Source of the DNA: a virus
UHGV virus genome: UHGV-0246870
DNA length: 21,952 nt
Reading direction: 5' to 3' (one strand)
Shown: positions 1 to 8,753 of the stretch, piece after piece
Numbering within the stretch: the first letter of the stretch is position 1
Layout: each line of letters begins with the position of its first letter
Made by a program: the position numbers and the translations under genes
The notes under the pieces: model-generated
Seen by the model: only the letters and a program-made list of their open reading frames with translations
Told to the model about the DNA's origin: nothing
The model's database searches: none

Positions 1-148
1 TGACCGGCTCACCTTTTTCGTTCTGCTCATTACAGAAAAAATAACGTTCTCCACCGACCTCTGTCAGATCGATTTCCCAGAGCACCGCGCTGGCCGACTG
101 CTCCGCACGGGTGCATTCACTCTGTGTTTCCTGCCGGATATCCTGCAT
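1..148 (-). CDS. L: Tail tip assembly protein L, N-terminal part only (gene runs off the window start)
   Basis: Reverse-strand ATG at 148-146 overlaps the M stop (TGATG). Translation MQDIRQETQSECTRAEQSASAVLWEIDLTEVGGERYFFCNEQNEKGEPV resembles the lambda gpL N-terminus as I recall it. Frame is open to position 1. Confidence 0.8.
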   Translation of the reverse strand, partial: MQDIRQETQSECTRAEQSASAVLWEIDLTEVGGERYFFCNEQNEKGEPV

Positions 149-477
149 CAGTTCACCACCTGTTTAAACTCTGCGCTGAACTCAACACGCAACATACTGA
201 CCCGCGACGACCATTTTGCGCAGGTCACCTTTATCTGCCGGTAGCCATAAGGCGGCGTCCACAGAAAGGCTTTCCAGCCCCCGTGCTCTGCCAGAAACGA
301 CTCCAGCGCCGTGGCCTCCCAACGGGGGACAGAAAGCGTCACGCTGTACGTTTTCAGGTCGGCATTCAGCCCGGCAGGCGCTCGCTGGGAGTAACCATCC
401 CCAAAACGTACTTCCCTGACTAAAGGAGTCGAAGCCACCTCCATACCAGGTTTTACCTTCCAGTGAAACGTTTTCAT
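148..477 (-). CDS. M: Minor tail protein M
   Basis: 109-aa ORF MKTFHWKVKPGM...SAEFKQVVN, near full-length match to lambda gpM by memory. Lies directly downstream of the tape measure gene, as in lambda. Confidence 0.85.
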   Translation of the reverse strand: MKTFHWKVKPGMEVASTPLVREVRFGDGYSQRAPAGLNADLKTYSVTLSVPRWEATALESFLAEHGGWKAFLWTPPYGYRQIKVTCAKWSSRVSMLRVEFSAEFKQVVN

Positions 478-3400
478 CGCCCGCCTCCTGAATACAGTCC
501 GCCATCACGGGACTGCTGTTGCATAAAGTCCGCTGCCGCTTTTTTCCCGAGATCATAAACCACCTTCAGGGCAGCCGGACCTATCTGCCCGTTCGTGCCG
601 TCGTTATTGATCTCGATGTTGTACTGCGGGGCAAACATCGCCATACCTGAACCACCAATATCCGCCACAACCCCCAGCTTACCGTCAGCACCACGACGCA
701 GTGGCAGAATGGCTTCAGGTCCAGCTTCCCCCATCACACCCGCGCCTTTTGCAAAAGCAAAAAATGTTGGACGGTTAACCACCGTGCCACTGTAGCGACT
801 CAAATCAGCAGACTGATAAACACCGCCATCAGCATTAGCCGTAAAGCCAAATAAAGAACCGACGCCCTTTACCGCCTGCATCATAGTCATCTGCGCCATA
901 ATTTTTGCCATATCTGACAACAGGGAAGAGGTGAAGGATTTGAAATTGAGTTTGCCAGTGGTACAGAATGTCGCCAGCCCGTCGCTCGCACTGCTGAATG
1001 CCGATGTAAACATTTGTTCAGCAGTTCCTGCCGCATTATCCGCTTCTGCCGTAAAATTCTGAAACGCACGTATGGCACCGTTTTTCCAGTTACCCTGCAC
1101 AACTTCAAGCTGTTGCCAGTAGCGGCGATTCTCATTCAGTTGTCGGTTCAGGCTCTCCGTCAGCGCCTGCTCGGCCTTTCTGTAGTCATCCGTGTTATAT
1201 GTCCCTTTCTGCTCACTATCCCGCCTCAACTGCTCCAGCTGTTGCTGGTATTTCTGGCGAAGACTCAGTTGTACCTGATACCGCTGCCGCAGCTGTTCGC
1301 CCATACCCACCGTGGCGATATCCAGGTCATGTTGCTGACGCAGAGTCCGTTCCTCTTCCGCCAGCTGGCTGGCAAGCTGAATTGTTTTTTTCTTCAGCTC
1401 ATTAAGTGCCGTCTGTTTCTGAAGCTCCTGCTGTTTTACATCCAGCAGCGTCAGTGCCTGAATCAGTTCATCTTTACGGGCCAGCACACTCTTTTCATCT
1501 GCCGTCAGTTTTTTTCCGTCCAGGTCGCTGATGCGCTGCTGCAGAGCCAGAAGCTGTTTATGCGCTTCTGTCATCTTTTCAGTGGCAATGCCTGCTGACT
1601 GTCTGGCAGCAGCAATCTGCCCTTCCACCTGTGCCTGTTGCTGACTGTACTGCAGCAATAACCGGGTGGCCTCATCATTACGGGGAGCGCGTGTTTTTTT
1701 CTTAATGGCTTTTTCGTAACGTTCATTTTCACGCTGTATTGCCGCATCCCTGACGGACTGATCGGCGTACTGCATGGCATTGATGCGCGCGATTTCCCGC
1801 TGATGCCGGAGCGCTTCCGTTTCATTCATCCGGTTCAGTGCAGCATTTTCAGCATTACGGCGTTTCTGTTGCTCCTGATAATTCCGCTCTGCCTGCTCTT
1901 TTGCATCCTGCAAATCCTTCTGGCGTTTTTTCTCCTGAAGATCGTTAAGACGCTGCTGATCGTACTCCACCTGAGTGGATGAATTCGTCCACGAAAACTT
2001 TTTCGCCCGTTGAATTTTTTCCTGTAAGGCAGCTATCTGCCCATCCAGTGAATCTTCACGACCGATGTTCAGGGCCGCGTCCCAGAAACGGCTCCACAAA
2101 TCAGACAGATATTTCAGCGTACTGCCCAGCGCATTAAGATTATTATCAATATCCGCAGTACGCCGACCGGTTTCCTCTGCCAGTGCAGACATAGCTATCC
2201 GTGCAGCATCACTGGACCGTCCCTGTTCCCCAAGGACGCGTATCTGCTCAAGCTGAGTGGCAGTAAGAAAATGCAGCTCATTGTCCAGAGCCTTCGCGGC
2301 ATTTACAGGATCATCCTTCAGCCGCTTAAACTGATTTATGGTATCGCTGACCGACTGACCAACCGATCGCTCCATCTGTGCGGCAGCTCTCGCCACCATA
2401 CCGATATCGTTTCCACGAAATGCACCACTCCCCACCACCTGAGCCAGCGCACCGGCTGCAGCATGTTGCGTGATACCATTCCCGGAAATAGCACGACTGA
2501 GCGTCCACAGCTGCCCGGCAGTGACTCCGGCATAATGCCCCGTCAGCGACAGCTGGCGGTTAAATTCTTCCCCCTCCTTCTGACCGTCATACCAGGCTTT
2601 ACCCAGACCATAGACGGCCGCGGCAATACCGCCAATAACCCCGCCCAGCATCATACCTTTCGGTGACATCAGTGTGTCTATCCATCCGGCACGGTTAGCC
2701 AGCGTTATCCCGGATCCCCTCAGCGCCCCTAAATTGCCACGAGCCAGTTCACCTATCAGAACGCCGATCTCCCGGCGAGCCGCTGCACTTTTCAGCCCCA
2801 GCGAATGCGTGGCTTTTCCTGCCTGCTCCATTTTGCGGATATACACTTCTGCAGCACTGCTTACCCCCAGCTGGGCAGCCTTAGCACGAAGCAACTCAGA
2901 AGAAGAAAGATTCTGGCGGGTTGCCTGCTCTTTAAGCTGACGGATAAACGCCACTTTCTGTCGGGTAGCCTCTTCCTCAGCCTGTGTAAGAACACGGGTT
3001 TTCGCAGTAACCTCAGAAATCAGCGCCAGATAATCCTGCTGACCAATCCCGCCACTGTTTCTGGCCTGTCGGATCTGCTGCTGAATACGCTGTAATTCCT
3101 GCAGCCCCGCACTGGCCTGTTTCACACTGTCAATCTGACGATAAAACGCGGCAGCCGCTTTATCCTGAGCCTCCGCCAGAACCATGGCCTGTGCCTGTTC
3201 CTCGCGCATTTTCTGGTTCAGCGCCTCCATGCGCTGGCGGGTTTGCTCCACCTCGCTGGCCATGCGTTCATGAGCCTGTGCGCTCTTCTCCACCGTCTGC
3301 GCATGGACGAATGCGGCTGTTGCAGCCGAAGAAGCCGCCTGCGTTGTCTGCCGGGCGGCCTGAGTCTGACGCTCCATAAAACGCTGCATACGGGCAGAAG

Positions 3401-3515
3401 ACCGTTCTGCATCGCTGGCTGCACCATTCAGAAGGTTTTTGATACGGGGAATTTCATTTTTAAACTCTGCCGCATCAATCCCTAAATCAATGACCAGGTT
3501 GGCTATCTGGTCCAT
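474..3515 (-). CDS. H: Tail tape measure protein (gpH-like)
   Basis: About 1013 aa, long Q/E/R/A-rich coiled-coil region, C-terminus NNDGTNGQIGPAALKVVYD...DGGLYSGGGR resembles lambda gpH C-terminus. Start placed at ATG 3515 (MDQIANLVIDLGID), preceded by GGAGGTG; the track ORF begins further upstream at 3545. Confidence 0.9.
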   Translation of the reverse strand: MDQIANLVIDLGIDAAEFKNEIPRIKNLLNGAASDAERSSARMQRFMERQTQAARQTTQAASSAATAAFVHAQTVEKSAQAHERMASEVEQTRQRMEALNQKMREEQAQAMVLAEAQDKAAAAFYRQIDSVKQASAGLQELQRIQQQIRQARNSGGIGQQDYLALISEVTAKTRVLTQAEEEATRQKVAFIRQLKEQATRQNLSSSELLRAKAAQLGVSSAAEVYIRKMEQAGKATHSLGLKSAAARREIGVLIGELARGNLGALRGSGITLANRAGWIDTLMSPKGMMLGGVIGGIAAAVYGLGKAWYDGQKEGEEFNRQLSLTGHYAGVTAGQLWTLSRAISGNGITQHAAAGALAQVVGSGAFRGNDIGMVARAAAQMERSVGQSVSDTINQFKRLKDDPVNAAKALDNELHFLTATQLEQIRVLGEQGRSSDAARIAMSALAEETGRRTADIDNNLNALGSTLKYLSDLWSRFWDAALNIGREDSLDGQIAALQEKIQRAKKFSWTNSSTQVEYDQQRLNDLQEKKRQKDLQDAKEQAERNYQEQQKRRNAENAALNRMNETEALRHQREIARINAMQYADQSVRDAAIQRENERYEKAIKKKTRAPRNDEATRLLLQYSQQQAQVEGQIAAARQSAGIATEKMTEAHKQLLALQQRISDLDGKKLTADEKSVLARKDELIQALTLLDVKQQELQKQTALNELKKKTIQLASQLAEEERTLRQQHDLDIATVGMGEQLRQRYQVQLSLRQKYQQQLEQLRRDSEQKGTYNTDDYRKAEQALTESLNRQLNENRRYWQQLEVVQGNWKNGAIRAFQNFTAEADNAAGTAEQMFTSAFSSASDGLATFCTTGKLNFKSFTSSLLSDMAKIMAQMTMMQAVKGVGSLFGFTANADGGVYQSADLSRYSGTVVNRPTFFAFAKGAGVMGEAGPEAILPLRRGADGKLGVVADIGGSGMAMFAPQYNIEINNDGTNGQIGPAALKVVYDLGKKAAADFMQQQSRDGGLYSGGGR

Positions 3516-3816
3516 AACGCACACCTCCGGAAATACCTTCCCCAAGATGCATCAGTTCTTCGTCCGTTCGCTCCGGTATCCCGTTCTCTTCCGGTAAAAG
3601 GCTGAAATCAGCCACCGCAGCATCACTGCTGCCGGACACCATTCTCACGATCAATGCCTTCAGCGAGGCAAACTGCGCATCCATCCACACATCACTGAAG
3701 CTCTGCATCCGGAAATAATCGCCCCACTCACCAAGCTCAGTGGCCGACATTTCCGACAACATCCGCCGCCAGTCTGCCCGCCGGAACTCCCGGGCAAGCC
3801 GCATGACAAACTGCAT
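3487..3816 (-). CDS. T: Tail assembly chaperone, T segment (expected to be made as a G-T fusion by -1 frameshift)
   Basis: ORF in the -1 frame relative to the G C-terminal frame, directly downstream of G and overlapping the H start. Frame is open upstream across the G stop. Position and size match lambda T. Confidence 0.65.
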   Translation of the reverse strand: MQFVMRLAREFRRADWRRMLSEMSATELGEWGDYFRMQSFSDVWMDAQFASLKALIVRMVSGSSDAAVADFSLLPEENGIPERTDEELMHLGEGISGGVRYGPDSQPGH

Positions 3817-3824
3817 TTCCCGCG

Positions 3825-4210
3825 TCAGGACTTTTCCGGCGTCAGCACCTCATGCTCCAAATCCCCGGCATTCTCAATGGCTCCCATACCGCTCAGCGAC
3901 AGAACCATCTCCGCCCCCGCTCCCAGGGCATCATACGACCATGTTGTAATAACGGATGCGCAAAGCGCCTCCACATCCTGAGACTGATCCGCATTCCACA
4001 GGGAGCGGGAAACCAGCCAGGCATTGATATCCATCCCCATCCGCAAAAAAGCAATCTGTCGTTCAGCCTCCGGCAGTTCTCCCTCCCCGGCATCAAACTT
4101 TGCCGTTCGCTGCTGAACAAACGCAGATATTCAATTCTCTGCAGCCCGGACAGCTCACTGAGCACCACGGACTGTTTTTCATAATTAAACGTGCCCTGTT
4201 TCAGAAACAT
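3825..4210 (-). pseudogene. G: Tail assembly chaperone G, interrupted by an apparent 1-nt frameshift near 4122-4126
   Basis: N-terminal MFLKQGTFNYEKQSVVLSELSGLQRIEYL (frame from ATG 4210) resembles lambda gpG. After EYL the frame decays into W/R-rich sequence. The G-like continuation (AFVQQRTAKFDAGEGELPEAERQIAFLRMGMDINAWLVSRSLWN...EVLTPEKS) is in the adjacent frame ending at 3825. Span is 386 nt, not a multiple of 3. Confidence 0.6.
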
Positions 4211-4272
4211 CATGTTCTCCACCTGCAAAAAAAAGCCCCGGATAACCGGGGCAAATGATGAGTATCGTCCTG

Positions 4273-5016
4273 TTAACCTGCGGCGCTGACAGTCACCGCA
4301 GCCACAGCCACAAAATTCCCATCAGCGGTCATGCCCACAATGCTGACACTGCCCTGCTTCACGCCTTTCACCGTGGCCACAAGCCCGCTCAGGGTCACCG
4401 TGGCAGTCTGTGGATCTGACGAATGCACACTGATCGCTTTGTCACTGGCTCCGTCAGGTTTTACTGTAAAGGTCAGCGTGGTGGTTGCTCCCTCTTTTAC
4501 ACTGGCAGATGTCGGTGCCACCGTCAGCCCGGTAACGCTCACGGTTTCAGTGCCTTCCTCTGCCAGATACGGACGCCCCACACCGCTGATTTTCACAGTG
4601 CGGGTCATCACGTCTTTTGAGGCAATGGTTTTCCCCAGTGAGCTCAGCCAGCCGCGGAAAACATCAACAGTGCCGTTGGGATATTTGATACGAAACGCGC
4701 AGACTTCACCGGAGTCGAACAACTGAACCAGTTTTTTCTGCCCACTGTCACCCGGACGCCAGGCCAGCGTCGCCGAAGTATCACCAACGGATTTCTGCCC
4801 CTGGGTTGTCGTTTTCCAGTCTGCATCTTCATCATCGAGATAAGTGTCATCTTCTGCATCAGCGGTCATTTCGCCAGGTTGCAGATCCTTCACCATCGCA
4901 AGACGCAGCCAGTCAGTGTCCGACAAAGGGTTCGCAAACGCATCGCCGTTGCCGGTATACATCCAGAACGTCGTCCCCGCACCTTTCGTCTTTGCCAGTG
5001 GATTTGGTGTGGTCAT
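4273..5016 (-). CDS. V: Major tail protein (gpV-like) with C-terminal Ig-like (Big_2-type) domain
   Basis: Start ATG 5016 preceded by AAGGAGGTGGTA. C-terminal roughly 90 aa T/V/S/A-rich beta-type segment typical of a Big_2 Ig-like domain as in lambda gpV. Position between U and G. Confidence 0.85.
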   Translation of the reverse strand: MTTPNPLAKTKGAGTTFWMYTGNGDAFANPLSDTDWLRLAMVKDLQPGEMTADAEDDTYLDDEDADWKTTTQGQKSVGDTSATLAWRPGDSGQKKLVQLFDSGEVCAFRIKYPNGTVDVFRGWLSSLGKTIASKDVMTRTVKISGVGRPYLAEEGTETVSVTGLTVAPTSASVKEGATTTLTFTVKPDGASDKAISVHSSDPQTATVTLSGLVATVKGVKQGSVSIVGMTADGNFVAVAAVTVSAAG

Positions 5017-5026
5017 TACCACCTCC

Positions 5027-5428
5027 TTAATTCGTGTACGTGATCTGGTACGTGATTTCCGCCATCGCCCAGGTGGCCATCTCATTATCACGTTGATAGT
5101 TAAAACCGAGTGGGTTCAGGGTGTCGATGAGTCCGGAAAGGGCCGGCATATCACTCAGGGCCGGAAAAATGGTGCTCTCCATCCACGTATCCAGCTCCGA
5201 ATCCGGCGCCTGTGCCCGGATGAAGACGGCAATATGCAGAACAGCCTGCCAGTCATCTTCATCCGTCATTTTTCCGGTGTACTGAGCATCACTCAGCCAC
5301 ACCGCCACGGCAGGCAGTTCCTGCGCATCAATAAATGCCGGAAGCCCGTCAAAAAACGTGGCGCTGTCTCCACACTGTTCCCGAAGGCGTGCCAGTACGG
5401 CCTGGCGGATTTGTGTATGTCGGTTCAT
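5027..5428 (-). CDS. U: Tail terminator protein (gpU-like)
   Basis: MNRHTQIRQAVLARL...ATFFDGLPA...PAVAVWL...PDSELDTWMES...ITYQITY matches the lambda gpU pattern. ATG 5428 overlaps the Z stop (ATGA). Confidence 0.8.
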   Translation of the reverse strand: MNRHTQIRQAVLARLREQCGDSATFFDGLPAFIDAQELPAVAVWLSDAQYTGKMTDEDDWQAVLHIAVFIRAQAPDSELDTWMESTIFPALSDMPALSGLIDTLNPLGFNYQRDNEMATWAMAEITYQITYTN

Positions 5429-6003
5429 CGGGTCAGCCATAACCTCAGTTGTTGTTTCAGTGCATACCCCAGCTGTTTCGGCATTTCCGCAGCAATAATG
5501 CGGTCGCGGGCATCTTCAAATGCCTGTGTCAGCGGTCCGGACAGCGGGACTTTCACCACATCAATGGGGTAACGATTTTTGCCATCAATACGCCGCATCA
5601 CATGCCAGCGACCATTCGCCAGTTGCTGAATAAACGCATCCCGGAAAAGATATTTACCCACCTTCAGCACACTGCCACGGTACTGCAGTTTTCCACCACG
5701 CCGGGCCAGTCTGACCCGGGCTGTCCCCAGCTTAATAGCGGGCAGATTGCCCCGGTTAACGCGGATCCTGGCCGTCATTTTTCCTGACGGACTGGCTTTA
5801 AACACCCGGACACGCTGACGTACCAGTTTCAGGGGGATCCCTTTCACCTGGTTATCTCCCGCAACGGTATTCCCGGCAACCTGCCGGGTGGCGACCGAGA
5901 CCGCTTTCTGTGCCACACGGTTTATCGCCCATGCGCTGGCCTGTGGCACCATACGGGTATCAAGGCTGTTCAGATTACGGATGGCATTCTCAAGCCCCTT
6001 CAT
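5425..6003 (-). CDS. Z: Tail completion protein (gpZ-like)
   Basis: 192 aa, MKGLENAIRNLNSL...NGRWHVMRRIDGKNRYPIDVVKVP...LGYALKQQLR, close to lambda gpZ by memory and same length. Confidence 0.8.
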   Translation of the reverse strand: MKGLENAIRNLNSLDTRMVPQASAWAINRVAQKAVSVATRQVAGNTVAGDNQVKGIPLKLVRQRVRVFKASPSGKMTARIRVNRGNLPAIKLGTARVRLARRGGKLQYRGSVLKVGKYLFRDAFIQQLANGRWHVMRRIDGKNRYPIDVVKVPLSGPLTQAFEDARDRIIAAEMPKQLGYALKQQLRLWLTR

Positions 6004-6014
6004 CCCACACCTCT

Positions 6015-6290
6015 TTACTCAATAAAGATCATTGGCTTACCGTTAAAGCGTTCATGCCGTGTGACCGTCCATTGTTGTCCGTCATAAACAACGCGATCCC
6101 CGCGCCGTGGGCGGTATCCCGAAGAAAACACCACCAGAGAGACCGCAGGTCCGGACAGAGCATTCAGCTCTGCCAGTGTTTCTCCCGGGATCACAGTCAT
6201 ATCGGCATCATTAATCGAGGCTGTCTTTCCCATCTTTCTGACCGTGATCGCATCCATACGCGCTGCCAGCCGGGAAAAGGGATCAGACAT
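6015..6290 (-). CDS. Head-tail joining / head completion protein (FII-like)
   Basis: 91-aa ORF at the FII position between a head protein and Z. ATG 6290 overlaps the upstream stop. Only weak recalled similarity to lambda FII. Confidence 0.5.
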   Translation of the reverse strand: MSDPFSRLAARMDAITVRKMGKTASINDADMTVIPGETLAELNALSGPAVSLVVFSSGYRPRRGDRVVYDGQQWTVTRHERFNGKPMIFIE

Positions 6291-6606
6291 TGAGTTTTAC
6301 CGGCACTTCTTCTGCACTGGTTCCGGCATCTGCCCAGACAACCCCGACCAGCGGATCAGAGCCGCTGTTAGTCAGCTGAACTTTTCCGGACTTCAGATAA
6401 ACCTTCTTACCCGTTTTCATGTCATCCGTTTTCAGCTTAGGCAGCATAAACACACCTTCGGTCATGCCGTCGCCTGTTTCACCCTGTGGAATATCGGTCA
6501 GCGCCACCGCAAAAACATCACCCACCTGCACCAGATCTCCGCTGCTGATGGCTGCACTGGCAACAATCGCCACCGTTTTTCCTTCTTCTACAAAATTCTT
6601 TGCCAT
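6283..6606 (-). CDS. Small phage head protein, DUF2190-like (possible decoration or head-fibre protein)
   Basis: 107 aa from ATG 6606 (MAKNFVEEGKTVAIV...). Lies immediately downstream of the capsid gene. Gly/Val-rich small beta-type protein. Family assignment is from memory. Confidence 0.45.
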   Translation of the reverse strand: MAKNFVEEGKTVAIVASAAISSGDLVQVGDVFAVALTDIPQGETGDGMTEGVFMLPKLKTDDMKTGKKVYLKSGKVQLTNSGSDPLVGVVWADAGTSAEEVPVKLNV

Positions 6607-6692
6607 AACTGTCTCCGCACAGCCCCGTTCAGGGGCTGATTTCAGGTACAAAAAAAGCCCTTACGGGCCATCAGAGTTGTTGTCTGCGACGT

Positions 6693-8753
6693 TTACGCCG
6701 TACATTTCACCAGACCGCGGTGATCAACTGGCGCGACACCAGCGTCAATACGCACTTTCGTTGTCACGCCATCCACACTGAAGCCCTCCATCTGATCAAT
6801 ATATGGCGTATCCACACCGTTGAGATAAGCCACTTCGATGGTATCCGTACCTTTCGCCGCAGCCAGATAAAAGGTGGTCTGGCTGTTATCATCAAGACGA
6901 GGCTCTGCAATAACTGTCGCAAAATCTTTCACCGGGTTAATAATACCGGCGTTAATGTCAGCCCCCTTGACACTTGAGGAACGAATGACCTGGTTAGCAA
7001 CAGACTCCATCGCTGTCGGTACCAGTACGAACGCAGGACGAATATTCAGATGACGCTCCCCCTCTTTCTGAACGCGCATCAACTGACGGGCTTTATCCAG
7101 TGATGCCACGTCCATTGCAGCGTTCTCCAGTACGTTTGCATGTTTCGCTTTATCGAACAGGCTCACATTATCCGTGGAGATTTTCGGGTTAGATGTCAGA
7201 ATGGCATAAACCAGATCGGCAATCGTGGATTTTGCCGCACGCCCCAGTTTCATCGGAACATCGGTCAGCATATTCAGATCATCGTTGATAATGGCCTGAC
7301 GGGTGATGCTGAACAGTTCACCATAGGTCGCCAGTGCAATCGTGGCCTGTTTATCTCCGGTGGTGACGTATTTATATTCCGCCCCCTCACGCACCTGACG
7401 CAGAGCACTGAAGCCCCCCATCCCCACACGATGGGCAATTTTAAAATCAGACAACTGACCTTTCCGGGTCCACTGTTCGTAAGTCTCAGGGGCTTCTTCC
7501 CATCCCTGCAGAATGGCTTTGTTCGCGACATCCAGCAGAATATTACCGAAATCAGACGTACTGTGCGTAAACGCTGCCCCGACCATCTGCATCGGGTTAT
7601 ACCCGGAAACCCCAATCCCCCGTTCTGTCAGTGACATTCGGGCATATTCACGCAGGGTCATCCCGTTATAGACGTTATCCTGTTCACGCTCAGCAAATCC
7701 GGCACGCGCCATCAGCGCCTGACGGATCCCGTCCCCCACAAAATTACCGTTTCCAGCATAAATATGGGCCGGGGTATTTTTATTTGATGGTGAAAATTCC
7801 TTACCCATTTCGTTAAGTAATTTCTCACGGGCCTGCTCAAGCGAGCACTCCGGATCGGAAAGACAACTGGCCTGCAATGTCTGATAGCGCCCGCCAAACA
7901 TACCAAACAGTTCATTAATACCACTCACACGTGCTTTTTGCTCTGCCAGTACCTGCGCACGGATACTGCTTTCATCTGCGGAAGGTGCATTTGTGGTAGT
8001 CGCGGTTGTGGCAACCGGAGCCGTAGTCTGATCCTGTGTCTGAGATGCAGTATTTTTGTTTTCAGGTTCACGCGTTGCACTGTTGCGTGGCGGGATAATC
8101 ATATTTCGAATGGATTCCGGCATTTTTTTAAATTCCTCTGTACGTTTTGACTGAATACATGCCATTGCCTTAACGGCTGGCGTTACCTGGTCAGCAAATC
8201 CGTGTGCCAGACATTCGGCACCGGACATCCAGGTTTCATCCGCCAGCATGGCAGCAATTTCATCGGTGGTTTTCCCGGTTTTCTGCGCATAAGCAGGCAA
8301 CAGGACCGACTCAACTTTATCAAGCAGGTCGGCATAATCACGCATATCATCCGCATCGCCACCACTCACTCCCCATGGTTTATGGATCATCATGAATGCG
8401 TTTTCCGGCATGATGACGGGATCACCCACCATTGCAATGACCGATGCCATGGATGCCGCGACACCATCCACATAAACAGTGATGGACGCCCCATGATTTT
8501 TCAGCGCATTAAAAATGGCGATGCCTTCAAAGACATCGCCACCCGGTGAATTGATATGGAGATTAATGTGGATGATATTACCCAGCGCATTCAGATCGCT
8601 GACAAACTGCTTCGCCGTAACTCCCCAGAAACCAATCTCGTCATAGATATAAATATCTGCGTCACTTTTATGACCCGCCTTCATTCTGAACCAGGAATTA
8701 TTCTTCAGGCTGGCCTTCGGTTCGCCGCGAAACCACGCGTTCTGTTTCAGCAT
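6693..8753 (-). CDS. Prohead protease (ClpP/S14-like) - scaffold/linker - HK97-fold major capsid protein fusion
   Basis: Single roughly 686-aa ORF. N-terminal ClpP-like segment (IYIYDEIG...INSPGGDVFEG...MASVIAMVGD...MMIHKPWG), Thr/Ala-rich linker, C-terminal capsid-like domain. Start chosen at ATG 8753 with strong SD AAAGGAGGTGGTA; alternative ATG at 8684. Confidence 0.8.
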   Translation of the reverse strand: MLKQNAWFRGEPKASLKNNSWFRMKAGHKSDADIYIYDEIGFWGVTAKQFVSDLNALGNIIHINLHINSPGGDVFEGIAIFNALKNHGASITVYVDGVAASMASVIAMVGDPVIMPENAFMMIHKPWGVSGGDADDMRDYADLLDKVESVLLPAYAQKTGKTTDEIAAMLADETWMSGAECLAHGFADQVTPAVKAMACIQSKRTEEFKKMPESIRNMIIPPRNSATREPENKNTASQTQDQTTAPVATTATTTNAPSADESSIRAQVLAEQKARVSGINELFGMFGGRYQTLQASCLSDPECSLEQAREKLLNEMGKEFSPSNKNTPAHIYAGNGNFVGDGIRQALMARAGFAEREQDNVYNGMTLREYARMSLTERGIGVSGYNPMQMVGAAFTHSTSDFGNILLDVANKAILQGWEEAPETYEQWTRKGQLSDFKIAHRVGMGGFSALRQVREGAEYKYVTTGDKQATIALATYGELFSITRQAIINDDLNMLTDVPMKLGRAAKSTIADLVYAILTSNPKISTDNVSLFDKAKHANVLENAAMDVASLDKARQLMRVQKEGERHLNIRPAFVLVPTAMESVANQVIRSSSVKGADINAGIINPVKDFATVIAEPRLDDNSQTTFYLAAAKGTDTIEVAYLNGVDTPYIDQMEGFSVDGVTTKVRIDAGVAPVDHRGLVKCTA

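Noticed and set aside
1014-1598. 194-aa plus-strand ORF (and other plus-strand ORFs at 2065-3485) inside the tape measure gene
   Set aside because: Antisense to a well-supported 1013-aa tape measure CDS. Leu/Gln-rich low-complexity translation is the mirror image of the coiled-coil coding sequence. No SD.
4844-5572. 242-aa plus-strand ORF across the V/U/Z genes
   Set aside because: Antisense to three tail genes that are in syntenic order. Composition is unlike a real protein.
8684-8686. Alternative start codon for the protease-capsid fusion (MKAGHKSD...)
   Set aside because: No SD upstream, whereas ATG 8753 has a strong AAAGGAGGTGGTA site identical to that of the major tail gene. Kept as an alternative only.
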